Source: Actinomycetota bacterium
GTDB lineage: Bacteria; Actinomycetota; Nitriliruptoria; Nitriliruptorales; Nitriliruptoraceae
Assembly: GCA_041163265.1 (NCBI GenBank)
Contig: JBEARL010000001.1
Span: forward strand, 7,750-71,749
Direction: 5' to 3'
Length of the DNA: 64,000 bases
Shown here: in pieces, positions 63,175 through 64,000 of the stretch
Position numbering within the stretch: position 1 is the first letter of the stretch
How the letters are laid out: every line of letters starts with the position of its first letter
The notes under the pieces: model-generated
The model's input: only the letters and a program-made list of their open reading frames with translations
The model's database searches: none
Told to the model about the DNA's origin: nothing
Position numbers and translations under genes: made by a program

Positions 63175-64000
63175 GGACGCGACCGTCGAGGTCCAGCACC
63201 AGGATCCGTCCCGACGCGTCCGTCGCGAACCCGACCACCCGGTCGCCGGCGACGCCGAGATCGACCGCGACCCACGTGCCGTCGGCCGCGGGGCGGAGCG
63301 CCCGCACGGTGCCGTCGCAGAAGTCACTGAACAGGTAGGCGCCGGCCAGGGCCGGCAGCGCCGGGTCGCGCGCGACGACGCCACCGGTCACCGAGCAGCC
63401 GGGACCGTGGCGGTAGGTGTGGACGGGAGCGACGTGCCCCGGCGGCGGATCCCCCTCGTACGGCGCGTCGCCCTCCCGCAGGGGCCAACCGAGGTTCGCC
63501 CCGCGCAGCTCGTCCCAGGGAACGCGGTTCACCTCCTCGACGTCGCCCTGCCCGACGTCGGCGATCCAGACCGCGCGCGTCGGGAGGTCGACGTGGAAGC
63601 GCCACGGGTTGCGCAGCCCGACGGCGAGGATCTCGGGGGCCGCGCCGTCGACGCCGACGAACGGGTTGTCGGCCGGGACCCGCACCCCGCCACCGCCGAC
63701 GTCGAGCCGCAGCAGCGAGCCGAGCGGGGTCGTCGGGTCCTGTCCGGCGCCGAGGGGGTCGCCGCCGCCGCCACCGTCGCCGAGCGCGACCAGCAGGGTG
63801 CCGTCGGGCGCGAAGGCGACGTCGCCGCCGTTGTGGTTCGCGTACGGCTGCGCGAGCGCGTACAGGACGCGTGGCGGACCGATCACGCGGGCGCCGTCGA
63901 GCGGGTGGGCCTCGACGCGGGTGTCGCCGTCCTCGTCGGTCAGCGACAGGACCAGTTCGCGGCCGTCGGGGCTGACGGTCAGCGCGAGGAGGCCGCGCTC
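63155..64000 (-). CDS. PQQ-dependent sugar (glucose/sorbosone) dehydrogenase-like beta-propeller, C-terminal part; N-terminus lies beyond the window
   Basis: The frame stays open to the window end. Motifs NHNGGDVAFAPDGTLLV, GLRNPWRF and DVGQGDVEEVN. Confidence 0.8.
   Translation of the reverse strand, partial: ERGLLALTVSPDGRELVLSLTDEDGDTRVEAHPLDGARVIGPPRVLYALAQPYANHNGGDVAFAPDGTLLVALGDGGGGGDPLGAGQDPTTPLGSLLRLDVGGGGVRVPADNPFVGVDGAAPEILAVGLRNPWRFHVDLPTRAVWIADVGQGDVEEVNRVPWDELRGANLGWPLREGDAPYEGDPPPGHVAPVHTYRHGPGCSVTGGVVARDPALPALAGAYLFSDFCDGTVRALRPAADGTWVAVDLGVAGDRVVGFATDASGRILVLDLDGRVLRLVPA

Noticed and set aside
1-64000. CRISPR arrays, tandem repeats, IS elements, integrases, tRNA/rRNA genes
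   Set aside because: I found no regularly spaced direct repeats, no transposase or integrase-like translation in any frame of the track, and no cloverleaf-like segment in the few gaps longer than 100 bp.

Overview
This is a very high-G+C (by eye over 70%), densely coding segment that looks like actinobacterial chromosome. I call about 60 CDS. I recognised no rRNA, tRNA, CRISPR array, transposase or integrase.

Left part (about 1-41.5 kb). This looks like an accessory catabolic supercluster of roughly seven operons. It encodes:
- two creatinase-fold (M24) hydrolases
- a TPP-dependent E1 alpha/beta pair with no E2/E3
- a GabD-like aldehyde dehydrogenase, a beta-hydroxyacid dehydrogenase, a flavin reductase, an aldo/keto reductase and an OsmC-like protein
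- a single-chain IorA-IorB-type molybdenum hydroxylase
- a TauE/SafE permease, an EamA transporter and two MFS transporters
- two CrtI/amine-oxidase-like flavoproteins
- a D-2-hydroxyacid dehydrogenase, a creatininase-family amidase and a Gfo/Idh/MocA oxidoreductase
- a NitT/TauT-type ABC importer
- an AprA/AprB-like flavoprotein-ferredoxin pair
- four paralogous cap-domain alpha/beta hydrolases
- a cupin, an FAH-family enzyme, an amidohydrolase_2 enzyme and an LVIVD beta-propeller
- a split SuyAB/UxaA-type dehydratase
- two LacI regulators

A CG-centred 14-bp LacI-type palindrome recurs in the promoter-bearing gaps of this part. That suggests a single regulon. The substrate is unknown. I see two competing family-level readings: C3-organosulfonate catabolism, or N-heterocycle/cyclic-amide catabolism.

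Right part (about 41.5-64 kb). This is core metabolism: pntAA-pntAB-pntB, an orphan clpP coupled to a Lon-type S16 protease gene, mocA-xdhC, IclR plus a ferritin-like gene, pabB-pabC, a PduO-type adenosyltransferase, panB-nadE, amt behind a GlnR-box-like array, glnA2-glnE, HAD, DoxX and a PQQ-type sugar dehydrogenase.

Limits. All product calls are family-level, made from motifs read by eye in the supplied translations. No database search was run. Start codons were chosen from RBS and overlap logic.
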